Assembly (NCBI GenBank): GCA_038851075.1
Contig: JAWCLG010000006.1
Location: 1 to 49,713, forward strand
DNA from: Candidatus Hadarchaeales archaeon
GTDB lineage: Archaea > Hadarchaeota > Hadarchaeia > Hadarchaeales > Hadarchaeaceae
Length of the DNA stretch: 49,713 nucleotides
Direction: 5' to 3'
The notes under the pieces were generated by a model. The model worked only from the letters and a program-made list of their open reading frames with translations, was not told where the DNA came from and ran no database searches. Position 1 is the stretch's first letter. Each line of letters starts with the position of its first letter. The position numbers and the translations under genes were made by a program. Below are positions 1 to 9,091 of the stretch, piece by piece.

Positions 1-121
1 CCGTATCTCCGTACGGGTTGCGTTTAAAGTCCCATGCGGATGTGAGACCGGTGCTCCACGTGGTGTCGGTGTAGGTCCTGACGTTCTTCATGTTCTCTGT
101 GGTCTTTCCGGTGCCTCCCGC
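1..121. repeat. Identical block 2, inverted copy of 33059-33179
   Basis: Reverse complement matches 121/121 nt up to the window edge. Confidence 0.95.
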
Positions 122-1996
122 TGGACTAGTAGATTGACCAGATGTTTCGGTATCCCAAAAACAGTTGGTAACCGTTCCTGAACCATGCCCAATCAGTCCT
201 CCGACGTTCGTGTTCCCCTGCACAAGCCCCTTGGAGTAAGATTTTGATATTGTCGGATTAGTTCCAATACTCCCGATAAGACCACCAACAATGTTATCGC
301 CGCTCACATTGCCAGTTGCATATGAGTTCAGAGTGCTGCCACCGTATCCCTGTACTCCGTGGAGCCCGCCAACATAGTTTTCACCGACCACATTTCCGGT
401 TGCATAACATCGATACACATTTACTCCATTATAACAAGCACCAACCAGCCCTCCCGTATAGCTGGAGCTGCCTGTTACGTCCCCTGTTGAGTATGAGTTT
501 TCTATTGTCGTATAGTTGGTAGCAGACCCAATCAGTCCCCCCACATAGTTACCGCTTCCGGTCACGTCACCTGTTGAGTGTGAGTTTTTTATTATTGTGC
601 TGTATGAAGCATATCCTACCAGTCCCCCCACATAGTTACCGCTTCCGGTCACGTCACCTGTTGAGTACGAGTTTTCCATTATCGCTGATGTGTAAGAAAA
701 CCCCACCAGCCCACCCACATTGAAAACGCCGGTAACGCTTCCGATTGAATATGAGTTCTCTACCCTCGCGTATTCATTTAAATATCCGACCAGCCCACCC
801 ACATTATTTTTGCCGTTAACGTCACCCGTTGCGTAGGATCTGGAAACTGTTCCGTAAATTATTCCTGCAAGTCCGCCCATGTAGTTTTCACCGTTCACAG
901 TCGCTCCAGCGTTACAGTTTTCAACGGTTCCGTACTTATTATATCCAACAAGCCCTCCAACGTAGTTGCTCCCGCTTGTGGTCCCGACCGCGTATGAGTT
1001 CTCAATGGTTCCATTTTCATTTAACCCGACGAGGCCTCCGATGTTGTCTCCGGAGCCGCTCACGTTTCCGGAGGCATAACAGTTACGGATAATGCTATTT
1101 CTCTGAAAGTCGGATCCATTCCAACCGACCAACCCGCCCAGCAACTTCGGGCCGCTAACGTTTCCAGTAGCATAACAGTTCTCAATGGTGCCGTACCTGA
1201 ATCCTCCATTTACTCCGACCAACCCTCCGGCACAGCCGTAGTAGTCGCTGGATGTACAAACGACATTTCCGGCCGCGAAACTGTTTGTTATAATTCCCGT
1301 TCCGCTGGCTTCATAGGCGTTCCACCCGACCAGCCCGCCTGCGGTAGGACCGCTAACGTACGCCACGGAATGACAGTTGTCGATGTCTCCATCATTCCAC
1401 CCTACTAGCCCTCCCGCATCGTACTCTCCCAGCGCTGTCACAATGCCTGTCGTGTAACAATTGAAGATAGACCCAGCGTTGTGTCCGACAAGGCCTCCAA
1501 CTTCATCTTTTCCGGTCACATTCTCGTTCTCAATCCCAACGTTCTCCACAATTCCGTCTGACGACACTGATCCAAACAGGCCGACGTAATCTATGCCGGG
1601 TCTGTTTATGTAGAGGTTTTCTATCACATAACCAGCCCCATCAAATATCCCCGAAAAAGGACCAACAGGCTCAAAACCCTGTCCGCCGTTCCACGTTTTG
1701 GTTACGGATGCATCGATGTCGTTTTTAAGCCTGTAGCATGCTGAGAGGTTCTCCTTCATTGCCTGCAGGCCCTCCACGTTCTCTATCATGTACGGGTCAT
1801 CAGGAGTCCCGCTCCCGCTGTATGGAAAGGGATGAGCGGAAACAGCAGGGGTAGTTGATGAGAACAGGAACAGCAACACCATCACGATAAAAGTGAATGT
1901 AAAAGTGACGCTCAGAACTCTAACCCTCGGGTTTCGTACAGGAGTAAGATAAAGAGAAGCGATCATAACTGGCGCCCCTCTAACCGTACCGCTCAT
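1..1996 (-). CDS. Secreted GLUG-repeat surface protein, paralog of 31838-35656 (3' end runs off window)
   Basis: Manual translation from ATG 1996: MSGTVRGAPVMIASLYLTPVRNPRVRVLSVTFTFTFIVMVLLFLFSSTTPAVSAHPFPYSGSGTPDDPY...; many VGGLVG repeats; still in frame at 121. Absent from the ORF track, consistent with no stop inside the window. Confidence 0.88.
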   Translation of the reverse strand, partial: MSGTVRGAPVMIASLYLTPVRNPRVRVLSVTFTFTFIVMVLLFLFSSTTPAVSAHPFPYSGSGTPDDPYMIENVEGLQAMKENLSACYRLKNDIDASVTKTWNGGQGFEPVGPFSGIFDGAGYVIENLYINRPGIDYVGLFGSVSSDGIVENVGIENENVTGKDEVGGLVGHNAGSIFNCYTTGIVTALGEYDAGGLVGWNDGDIDNCHSVAYVSGPTAGGLVGWNAYEASGTGIITNSFAAGNVVCTSSDYYGCAGGLVGVNGGFRYGTIENCYATGNVSGPKLLGGLVGWNGSDFQRNSIIRNCYASGNVSGSGDNIGGLVGLNENGTIENSYAVGTTSGSNYVGGLVGYNKYGTVENCNAGATVNGENYMGGLAGIIYGTVSRSYATGDVNGKNNVGGLVGYLNEYARVENSYSIGSVTGVFNVGGLVGFSYTSAIMENSYSTGDVTGSGNYVGGLVGYASYSTIIKNSHSTGDVTGSGNYVGGLIGSATNYTTIENSYSTGDVTGSSSYTGGLVGACYNGVNVYRCYATGNVVGENYVGGLHGVQGYGGSTLNSYATGNVSGDNIVGGLIGSIGTNPTISKSYSKGLVQGNTNVGGLIGHGSGTVTNCFWDTETSGQSTSPAGGTGKTTENMKNVRTYTDTTWSTGLTSAWDFKRNPYGDT
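533..666. repeat. 47-bp exact direct repeat, 87-bp period, inside GLUG cassette
   Basis: CAGTCCCCCCACATAGTTACCGCTTCCGGTCACGTCACCTGTTGAGT at 533-579 and 620-666. Confidence 0.92.
1641..1843. repeat. Identical block 1, inverted copy of 31988-32190
   Basis: Reverse complement matches 202/203 nt (one synonymous GGT/GGG change). Confidence 0.95.
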
Positions 1997-2060
1997 GGTC
2001 CTCTCATCCAATCTCTGTCCTCCTTGTTTTTTATCTTATCCATCGCAGAAAACGAAAATA

Positions 2061-2582
2061 TCAGAATTTTTCAATGTGCACGACCTCGTCAAACGAGATT
2101 CTGCCAGGCATCCTCGGTCTCTCAGCGGGTTTTCCGAGTAGAATCATCGCCACGGGCCTGACGCCATCCGGTGCGCATACGGCCCGCGCTGCCTTCCCCT
2201 CATCGAAAGCGCCCACCCAGCATGTTCCGTATCCCATAGAGTACGCCATGAGGAGCATGTTCTGAACAGCGGCGGCGGTGTCCTGAATGCAGTAAAGCTC
2301 AGCGCCCCGCCTGCCGTACCTGGCAGAGGTCCTCGGGATGTTCGCACAGACCACTATCACGACCGGTGCCTCGACGATAAAGCGCTGTCCGTGCGCCGCC
2401 TCGGAGAGCGCCTGTTTTCTACTCGCATCGCGCACCACCACGAACTCCCAGGGCTGGCAGTTTCCGGCGCTGGGCGCATGAATTCCCGCTTCGAGTATTG
2501 CCCTGAGATCAGACTCCGGAACATCATCCGGCTTGTACTCCCTGACGCTTCTCCTGCCCCTTATTGCCTGTGATAGGTCCAT
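2061..2582 (-). CDS. Nitroreductase family protein
   Basis: RRSVREY, APSAGNCQPWEF, GYGTCWVG; start trimmed to MDLSQAI. Confidence 0.9.
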   Translation of the reverse strand: MDLSQAIRGRRSVREYKPDDVPESDLRAILEAGIHAPSAGNCQPWEFVVVRDASRKQALSEAAHGQRFIVEAPVVIVVCANIPRTSARYGRRGAELYCIQDTAAAVQNMLLMAYSMGYGTCWVGAFDEGKAARAVCAPDGVRPVAMILLGKPAERPRMPGRISFDEVVHIEKF

Positions 2583-2631
2583 TCCGTCCCCGTTAGTTTT
2601 TAAGCGTCCGTCTCTAAATGATTTCGGTAAG

Positions 2632-2892
2632 ATGCCAGACCTTTCCAGTCTCAACTGGATAGTGCAGAAGGCCGCTGAACTCCTCGAGGACAAGGTCAGG
2701 GACGCCCCGCTGACGTACAGGGATGTCGAGATGGCGTTCGAGATGTATGCCCTCCCGAGGCTGAAGAACCTGGAGGAACAGGCACAGCTGCCCACAAGCT
2801 GGGAGCAGGCGAGGGACTTTGTGACCATGAAACTGCAGGAACGGGCAAAGCAGCTGAACTCAGAGATCTGGAAAAAACCGGAGCTTGTCTGA
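2632..2892 (+). CDS. Small hypothetical protein
   Basis: MPDLSSLNWIVQKAAELLEDK..., helical, divergent from nitroreductase, fills the gap. Confidence 0.65.
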   Translation: MPDLSSLNWIVQKAAELLEDKVRDAPLTYRDVEMAFEMYALPRLKNLEEQAQLPTSWEQARDFVTMKLQERAKQLNSEIWKKPELV

Positions 2893-2946
2893 CCTCTGCG
2901 GTAAGGTTAAAGCCAACCATGAGAAACTTTGCGGGTGCGTGGAAGC

Positions 2947-4770
2947 ATGAAGTTCTACATCACGACACCGATATACTACATAAATGCCGTCCCGCACATC
3001 GGGCACGCGTACACAACCGTTATCGCGGACGCGGTTGCGAGGTGGCACAGGCTCAGAGGGGATGACGTCTTCTTCCTCACGGGTCTGGACGAGAACTCCG
3101 AGAAGACAGTGGAGGCGGCGAGGGAGCAGGCCTACGCTGACGTCAGGGCTTACGCCGACTTCATGGCTGAGACATGGAAGAAGGCGTGGAGGGCGCTTGA
3201 GATAAGCAACGACGACTTCATCAGGACGACCGAGGAGAGGCACAGGAGTAACGTTCACGAGCTGCTCGAGAGAGTCAGAAAGGCTGGAGACATATACAAG
3301 GGTGTTTACGAGGGGCTCTACTGCGATGGCTGTGAGGCCTACCTGACCGAGAGCGACCTTGTCGATGGAAAATGCCCGCTGCACGGGAAGGCGCCAAGGG
3401 CAGTCAACGAGGAGAACTACTTCTTCAGGCTTTCAAAATACGCGGACAGGATACTCGAGCACATCGAGAAAAATCCTGATTTCATAATGCCCGAGGGCCG
3501 CAGGAACGAGGTGATGAGCTTCCTGAAATCCGGACTGAAAGACGTGAGCATCAGCAGGAGGGGCGCGAAGTGGGGGATAGATTTCCCAGGAGATCCTTCA
3601 CACAGGGTCTGGGTCTGGTTCGACGCGCTCTGCAACTATCTGGCGCCGAAAGGACGATGGCCTGCAGACGTCCACATCATCGCCAAGGACATACTCAGGT
3701 TCCACTGCGTGATATGGCCGGGCATGCTCCTGTCAGCGGGATTAGATCTCCCGAGGAGAATATTCGCCCACGGATTCATCACAATCGAAGGAAAGAAGAT
3801 CAGCAAGTCGCTGGGCAACGTTGTCGATCCGGTCCACCTGGCGGAGGAGTATTCACCGGACGTGGTAAGATACTACCTCCTGAGGGAAATATCGTTCGGA
3901 CAGGACGGTGACTTCTCGGAAGAGGGGCTGAGGAAGAGGCTGAACGACGAGCTGGCCGATGTGCTCGGCAACTTCGTGCACAGGGTGCTGACTTTTATAA
4001 GGGACAGGTACGGGGGTGCCCTGCCTGATGGAAAGCCCGACATGAAAATCGGCGGTGCTGTTGCGGAGAAGATCTCCAGGATAGACCGGCTCATGGAGGA
4101 CCTCAGGGTGTCTCAGGCGCTGGAGGAGATACTGGCGCTCGCTGGACTCGGAAACGAGTACTTACAGGCAAACCGCCCGTGGGAGGCGCTGAAATCGGAT
4201 CCGGGCAAGGCGGCCCGATGCATCATCACGTGCGCGAACCTTGCAAAGGCCCTGTGCGTCTTACTGCACCCGTTCATGCCATCGGCCTCAGAAGACTTTG
4301 CCGGACAGCTGGGGATAAGGATAGAAAACCTCGACCAGGCGAAGGCATTCGACCTCGGGCCGGGCCACAGGATAGGAGAGCCGAAGCCGGTGTTCACCAA
4401 GGTGCCTGAAAAGAAAAATCCGGGAGAGAGGAATAACCCGGGCCCGGACGCGGTGTCGCCAGGAGATTTTGAAAAGCTGGATATCAGGGTGTGCGAGGTG
4501 GTCGAGGCCGGCAGAATCGAGGGTTCCAAGAAGCTCCTCAGGCTGGTTCTGGACACTGGCTCAGGCAGAAGGACAGTTGTGGCCGGGATAGGGGAGAGGT
4601 ACGGGCCGGAGGATCTCGTGGGAATGAAGGTCGTGGCGGTGGTCAACATGAAGCCGGTGAAGCTCATGGGGGTGGTATCCGAGGGAATGATCCTTGCAGC
4701 GGATGACGGCAGCGAGCTGTCGGTCATCTCACCGGACAGGGACCTTCGCCCGGGCTCCAGGGTGAGATAG
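2947..4770 (+). CDS. metG: Methionine--tRNA ligase with C-terminal tRNA-binding domain
   Basis: YITTPIYY, HIGH, KISKS, Zn knuckle, C-terminal Trbp111-like SEGMILAA. Confidence 0.97.
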   Translation: MKFYITTPIYYINAVPHIGHAYTTVIADAVARWHRLRGDDVFFLTGLDENSEKTVEAAREQAYADVRAYADFMAETWKKAWRALEISNDDFIRTTEERHRSNVHELLERVRKAGDIYKGVYEGLYCDGCEAYLTESDLVDGKCPLHGKAPRAVNEENYFFRLSKYADRILEHIEKNPDFIMPEGRRNEVMSFLKSGLKDVSISRRGAKWGIDFPGDPSHRVWVWFDALCNYLAPKGRWPADVHIIAKDILRFHCVIWPGMLLSAGLDLPRRIFAHGFITIEGKKISKSLGNVVDPVHLAEEYSPDVVRYYLLREISFGQDGDFSEEGLRKRLNDELADVLGNFVHRVLTFIRDRYGGALPDGKPDMKIGGAVAEKISRIDRLMEDLRVSQALEEILALAGLGNEYLQANRPWEALKSDPGKAARCIITCANLAKALCVLLHPFMPSASEDFAGQLGIRIENLDQAKAFDLGPGHRIGEPKPVFTKVPEKKNPGERNNPGPDAVSPGDFEKLDIRVCEVVEAGRIEGSKKLLRLVLDTGSGRRTVVAGIGERYGPEDLVGMKVVAVVNMKPVKLMGVVSEGMILAADDGSELSVISPDRDLRPGSRVR

Positions 4771-5406
4771 TTGCTCAAGCTCGATCTCCATGTCCACACC
4801 TCGCACTCAGTCGACGGGATGTTCTCCGTCAGGGAAATGGTGGACGCGGCGAAGAGGAAGGGACTGAGCGGAATGGCCATAACCGATCACAATACGATCT
4901 CAGGTCTGAAGGAGGCTGCCGGGCTCTCCTCCAACAAGTTTCTGGTGATACCCGGTGTGGAGATATCAAGCGGCGGAGCACACGTTGTCGCCCTCGGGAT
5001 AAAAAAGGAAATTCCCAAGGGGATGCCGCTGAAGGATACAGTCTCCCTCATAAAGAAGCAGGGGGGCGTCGCGATAGCAGCGCATCCCTTCGTGCCTGGA
5101 AGAAACCCCGACGCTGTTAAAGAGGTCAGGTTTGACGCGATAGAGGGGCTCAACTCCAGGGCGTTTTTTCTGAGCAATCCTCTCGCCAGAAGGTACTCCA
5201 GACTGACGAACCTTCCTATGGTCGCCGGATCTGACGCCCATCACGCTGACGATGTGGGCACCGCTTACACCTGCATCGATTGCAGACCCGACATCGAAAC
5301 GGTTCTGGACGAGATAAGGGCGGGCAGAACTTCAATTGAGGGGAAAGCGCTTCCCGTGCCGACCCTTCTCTGGAGGTTCGTTCAGAGGGCTTTGAAGAAA
5401 AGATGA
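4771..5406 (+). CDS. PHP-domain phosphoesterase
   Basis: DLHVHT, AITDHN, AHP, GSDAH. Confidence 0.9.
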   Translation: MLKLDLHVHTSHSVDGMFSVREMVDAAKRKGLSGMAITDHNTISGLKEAAGLSSNKFLVIPGVEISSGGAHVVALGIKKEIPKGMPLKDTVSLIKKQGGVAIAAHPFVPGRNPDAVKEVRFDAIEGLNSRAFFLSNPLARRYSRLTNLPMVAGSDAHHADDVGTAYTCIDCRPDIETVLDEIRAGRTSIEGKALPVPTLLWRFVQRALKKR

Positions 5407-5409
5407 TCG

Positions 5410-5440
5410 GGAGGGGCGCGAGCGAAGCCCGCGCCCTTCC
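5410..5440. terminator. GC-rich hairpin between convergent genes, possible terminator
   Basis: GGAGGGGCGCG pairs with CGCGCCCTTCC; T-tract follows on the minus strand. Confidence 0.5.
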
Positions 5441-5486
5441 TACACCCCTTTGGAGGCTGGACCGAGGAGGTGGGGGTGACCGTGAA

Positions 5487-5663
5487 CTATTTCTTCTTGT
5501 AGTCGAGCAGGCCTTTGAAGCCGAGCTCCTTCATGACCCAGTCATGGATCATTTTCCTGACGACCTCGCTGCGGTTCGTGCCGTAGCCGGTCCCTATGAG
5601 GTCGTCTATAACCTTGAGGTAAAGACCGTCGACAAAAACCCGGATTTCCTCCTTTTTCTCCAA
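5487..5663 (-). CDS. Ribbon-helix-helix (CopG/CdrS-like) protein, 58 aa, not in ORF track
   Basis: TTG start after GAGGAGGGGGG; MEKKEEIRVFVDGLYLKVIDDLIGTGYGTNRSEVVRKMIHDWVMKELGFKGLLDYKKK; beta strand plus G-Y-x-x-NRSE helix. Confidence 0.85.
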   Translation of the reverse strand: MEKKEEIRVFVDGLYLKVIDDLIGTGYGTNRSEVVRKMIHDWVMKELGFKGLLDYKKK

Positions 5664-5722
5664 AATTCCCCCCTCCTCATACCCTCCAGATAAACTGCAT
5701 CCATACTACACCTAACCTGCAC

Positions 5723-5734
5723 TTTATATATAAA
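5723..5734. promoter_or_regulatory. Palindromic, possibly bidirectional TATA box
   Basis: TTTATATATAAA placed to serve the RHH gene (-) and the candidate ncRNA (+). Confidence 0.55.
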
Positions 5735-5775
5735 TGTTGTGGTGTTGTAAAAAAACCCTGCAACTCAACATTTGA

Positions 5776-5887
5776 TCAGGTCGGAGCGCCTAACCGCCAG
5801 GCTATCGTTGTTCAGTTAACAGGCGCTGCTAATAAAGCGCGTGGTACATGCTAAACAGCGGTCGTCACTTTGAAGGGGCCGACCTGA
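5776..5887 (+). ncRNA. Candidate structured pseudoknotted RNA of unknown family
   Basis: 9-bp closing stem, crossing 7-bp and 5-bp helices, internal hairpins with G-U pairs valid only on +. Confidence 0.45.
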
Positions 5888-5929
5888 AAAATTTGTTTAA
5901 CAGGCGCCCGGCCTGCCCACCATTATTGT

Positions 5930-6226
5930 TTATCTCCGGTCTGCTCTCTCATGTTTAGCGGTCTTCAGTATCTCAAATATCTCGACACCTATCTCTCCAA
6001 AGAACTTCATACCATTATCGGTTATCGAGTAAAGTTTCCTCGGTCTGCCTACCGAGAACGTCACCTCGTCTGATACCGAGACAAGATTGAGCTTCTCGAA
6101 ACGTTTGAGTATTCTGGCCACTTTCCACTTCGGCAACCCTGTGGCACTCACGATATCACTAATTGATTTCTTTGTCCTTGAGGCGATCATCTCTCGCGCT
6201 ACGAGCGTGGCTTCTTTCTTAGACAT
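5930..6226 (-). CDS. Winged helix-turn-helix regulator
   Basis: SISDIVSATGLPKWKVARIL HTH; wing GRPRKLYSITDNG. Confidence 0.85.
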   Translation of the reverse strand: MSKKEATLVAREMIASRTKKSISDIVSATGLPKWKVARILKRFEKLNLVSVSDEVTFSVGRPRKLYSITDNGMKFFGEIGVEIFEILKTAKHERADRR

Positions 6227-6398
6227 TTATATCCCTCGGAGACACTGTCCTACCATCTTTAGGTATGTTTTTTTCAATAAAAAAGTTTTTATAACATATA
6301 AAAAACTATTTTATAAAATATAAAAAACCAATAAAATGCGCGTAAAAAAGACTAATACTAACCCCTAATAACTCCAACGGAGAAGTTATGGTGATGGT

Positions 6399-7781
6399 AT
6401 GGAGTCAATCTTCAATCAGGTGCTCGCACGTATAAAGCCATCGGTCGCTGAGCGGAGAAGGGCCGAGAAAGCGGCTGCGGAAATCGTTGAGCTTGTAAAT
6501 GAAAAGTGCGAGGAACTCGAAATAAAAGCTGAAGCGAAACTTGTTGGGTCTCTGGCAAGAGGCACCTGGCTAAAAAAAGAGAAGGATATCGACGTCTTCA
6601 TATTTTTCCCGGAGCACCTCCCGAGGGAAGACATGGAAAAGCAGGGGATGGCGGTCGCAAGGGCTGTGGCTGGAAAGGCGGGGGTCGAGAGGTACGCGGA
6701 GCACCCCTACGTGAGCATGAAATACAGAGGATTCGATGTGGATCTCGTACCATGCTACGATGTTCCGGACCCTGCGAGAATAAAGAGCGCGGTCGACAGA
6801 ACTCCGCATCACCAGCGATACATCAGGGAGAGAATCACCGCCCCACTGATCGACCAGATACTCCTCACAAAGGCATTCATGCGAGGAATCGGGGTTTACG
6901 GTGCGGAGCTGAAAATCCATGGGTTTTCAGGATACCTCTGCGAACTCCTCACGCTTCACCACGGATCTTTCAGCGCTCTCGTGCGGGCCGCAATTGAGTG
7001 GAAACCTGCAACCGTAATAGATCCGGAGAAGAAATACGCAGACAGCTCCGAGCCGAGACAGATTTTCGAGGGATCCCCGCTAATAGTGATCGATCCAACG
7101 GACCGGGGCAGAAACGTCGCTGCATCGGTGTCAGCGGTGAGTTTCTCTACCTTCGTCAGAGCATGTCAGGACTTCGTATTGTCCCCAGATGAGAGGTTCT
7201 TTTTCCCGAGAGAGGTAAGGCCGATGACACACTCACAAGTAATGGCGACGGTCAGGAGGAGGGGCACCAGGCTGCTATGTCTGAAGTTCAGGGCACCAGA
7301 TCTTGTCCCGGATGTTCTCTACCCTCAGCTCAGGAAGACCGAGACCGCCATACTGAACAAGCTCAGCCAGGAAGGTTACGATGTGGTCAGGAGTGATGTG
7401 TGGGCAAACTCGTTTGTCGTCCTGCTTTTCGAACTCTCATCTCTGAAGCCCGCCGGGGTGAGAACCAGAATAGGACCTCCGCTGCCGTTTCCGGGAAACG
7501 AGTTCATCAGGGAGCACATCGGATCTAAAGAAAGACTGGCCGGTCCTTTCATAGACCGCGCCGGGAGGCTTGTGTTCGAGATGAGCAGGGAGGGGACCGC
7601 CGCGGATGAGATAAGTAAGGTCATCAGGGACAGGGGGAGCCTCGGAAAAAACATCGCGAAGGCCATGACTGAGGACTTGGAGATACTCGATGAGAGGTCA
7701 ATGAGGAAGCTGCTCAGGGACAGGGGATTCAAAAAATTCGTATCCGAGTACCTTACTAAATGCCTGCCCTGGTACAGATAG
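6399..7781 (+). CDS. cca: Class I CCA-adding enzyme
   Basis: VGSLARGTWL..DIDVF, YAEHPY, SAVDRTP, GFSGYLCEL. Confidence 0.97.
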   Translation: MESIFNQVLARIKPSVAERRRAEKAAAEIVELVNEKCEELEIKAEAKLVGSLARGTWLKKEKDIDVFIFFPEHLPREDMEKQGMAVARAVAGKAGVERYAEHPYVSMKYRGFDVDLVPCYDVPDPARIKSAVDRTPHHQRYIRERITAPLIDQILLTKAFMRGIGVYGAELKIHGFSGYLCELLTLHHGSFSALVRAAIEWKPATVIDPEKKYADSSEPRQIFEGSPLIVIDPTDRGRNVAASVSAVSFSTFVRACQDFVLSPDERFFFPREVRPMTHSQVMATVRRRGTRLLCLKFRAPDLVPDVLYPQLRKTETAILNKLSQEGYDVVRSDVWANSFVVLLFELSSLKPAGVRTRIGPPLPFPGNEFIREHIGSKERLAGPFIDRAGRLVFEMSREGTAADEISKVIRDRGSLGKNIAKAMTEDLEILDERSMRKLLRDRGFKKFVSEYLTKCLPWYR

Positions 7782-7787
7782 GGGGAC

Positions 7788-8342
7788 TCAGAGGCAGGCT
7801 TCAGCGATCGTGCTGTATATTGGTCCCTGAGGGGTGAGCCTGCTCTGCCTGAGCTTCACGGACTTTACTTCCATGGTTCCAAAATCCAGATCCGACATGG
7901 CCCTCAACTCATCTATGAGCCTCTCCCTGCCCCTCGGAGATCTCACCCTTGCAAGAGTGATGTGCGGAACGAAACCCGACTCACGCTTGAAACCAAGGCT
8001 CTCCATCCCAGCGTCGATTCCACGCTGCAGCTCGACTATCCTATCAGCTCCATCGCTGACACCAGCCCACACAACCCGAATATACCTGAGATCGGGAAAA
8101 ACTCCGACCCCCCGAACGCCCGCCTTAAATGCTCCCCCTTTCGGGACCGACCTTTCCATCGTCTCTGAGATTCGACCGATCATTTCCTCTCCAACCTCAC
8201 CCAGGAACTTTAACGTAAGGTGTACGTTCTCTGGCTCCACAAGTTTTAGGTCAGCACCTGTTGCTTTTATCCTCCCCTGAGCCTTGACGAGCTCTGCCCT
8301 TATCTCGTCAGTGATATCTATCGCGAGAAACAGGCGCATCAT
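7788..8342 (-). CDS. thpR: RNA 2',3'-cyclic phosphodiesterase (2'-5' ligase)
   Basis: Two HxT motifs (HLTLKFLG, PHITLAR). Confidence 0.95.
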   Translation of the reverse strand: MMRLFLAIDITDEIRAELVKAQGRIKATGADLKLVEPENVHLTLKFLGEVGEEMIGRISETMERSVPKGGAFKAGVRGVGVFPDLRYIRVVWAGVSDGADRIVELQRGIDAGMESLGFKRESGFVPHITLARVRSPRGRERLIDELRAMSDLDFGTMEVKSVKLRQSRLTPQGPIYSTIAEACL

Positions 8343-9022
8343 ATCACCGAGAACTCGACAACGTCAGGCAGCTCGCTGACGCTCCCCACTATCGCATCGG
8401 GCCCATATCTCTCGAGAAGTTCTCTCCTCATACCACCCGTGAGCACCGCCACGGTTTTTGCACCTATGGCTTTTCCATCCCGTATGTCATTCCAGTAGTC
8501 TCCAACTACCACGAGATCAGATGGGCTCATTCGCAGCCTCTCCGCGGCCAGCGCCATGATCTCCTTTTTTGAAAAGTGGTGTCCTCTCTCAAGCTGCCGC
8601 ACGACATCATGAGCTGTGGCAATCGCCCTGACATACCTGCCTATCCCGAGATCATCCAGCTCTCTCCTCAGCTTCTCAACGGGCACTATGCAGCTGGTCA
8701 TCACCGCAACCGGGACACCGCGTGAGTGCAGCCCTTTCATGAGCTCCGTCACACCCGGGATAAGCTTCGCCCTGGGATTCTCCCTGTACCTCCTCAGAAA
8801 CTCCATCCAGAACGAGTGAAGCTCCCTTTCTCTATCATGGGAACCGGGAGGAGATATAAGATCGTCCAGTTCGTCCGCCACATAGACCCTCCAGAACTCA
8901 TCCCTGTTCAATGTTCTCCTGCCCCTCTCTGCAAGCATTGCGTTAAACAGCTCGAAGTACCTGTCAAGGGTGTCCACGAGCGTGCAGTCAAGGTCAAACA
9001 TCACACCTCTCGCCTTTATCAA
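8339..9022 (-). CDS. HAD-superfamily hydrolase
   Basis: FDLDCTLVD, VGD..DIRDG; probable TTG start at 9022 after GGTGGTG. Confidence 0.88.
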   Translation of the reverse strand: MIKARGVMFDLDCTLVDTLDRYFELFNAMLAERGRRTLNRDEFWRVYVADELDDLISPPGSHDRERELHSFWMEFLRRYRENPRAKLIPGVTELMKGLHSRGVPVAVMTSCIVPVEKLRRELDDLGIGRYVRAIATAHDVVRQLERGHHFSKKEIMALAAERLRMSPSDLVVVGDYWNDIRDGKAIGAKTVAVLTGGMRRELLERYGPDAIVGSVSELPDVVEFSVI

Positions 9023-9091
9023 CCCCACCACCTTTTTGAATTTTGCAGAATAGTATTTAACCCACGTCATTCCTAAAATATTTCGAGTTCG

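Noticed and set aside
316-1092. ORF-track entries 316-522 and 829-1092 (+)
   Set aside because: Antisense shadows of the minus-strand GLUG gene.
5403-5693. 96-aa + strand ORF
   Set aside because: Antisense to the RHH gene and spans the hairpin; no recognisable motif.
5767-5897. Assigning the structured element to HDV, twister, fluoride riboswitch, RNase P, or a BHB-excised intron
   Set aside because: Core consensus nucleotides are missing; the flanking bulges (2 and 3 nt around 3 bp) are not a proper BHB.
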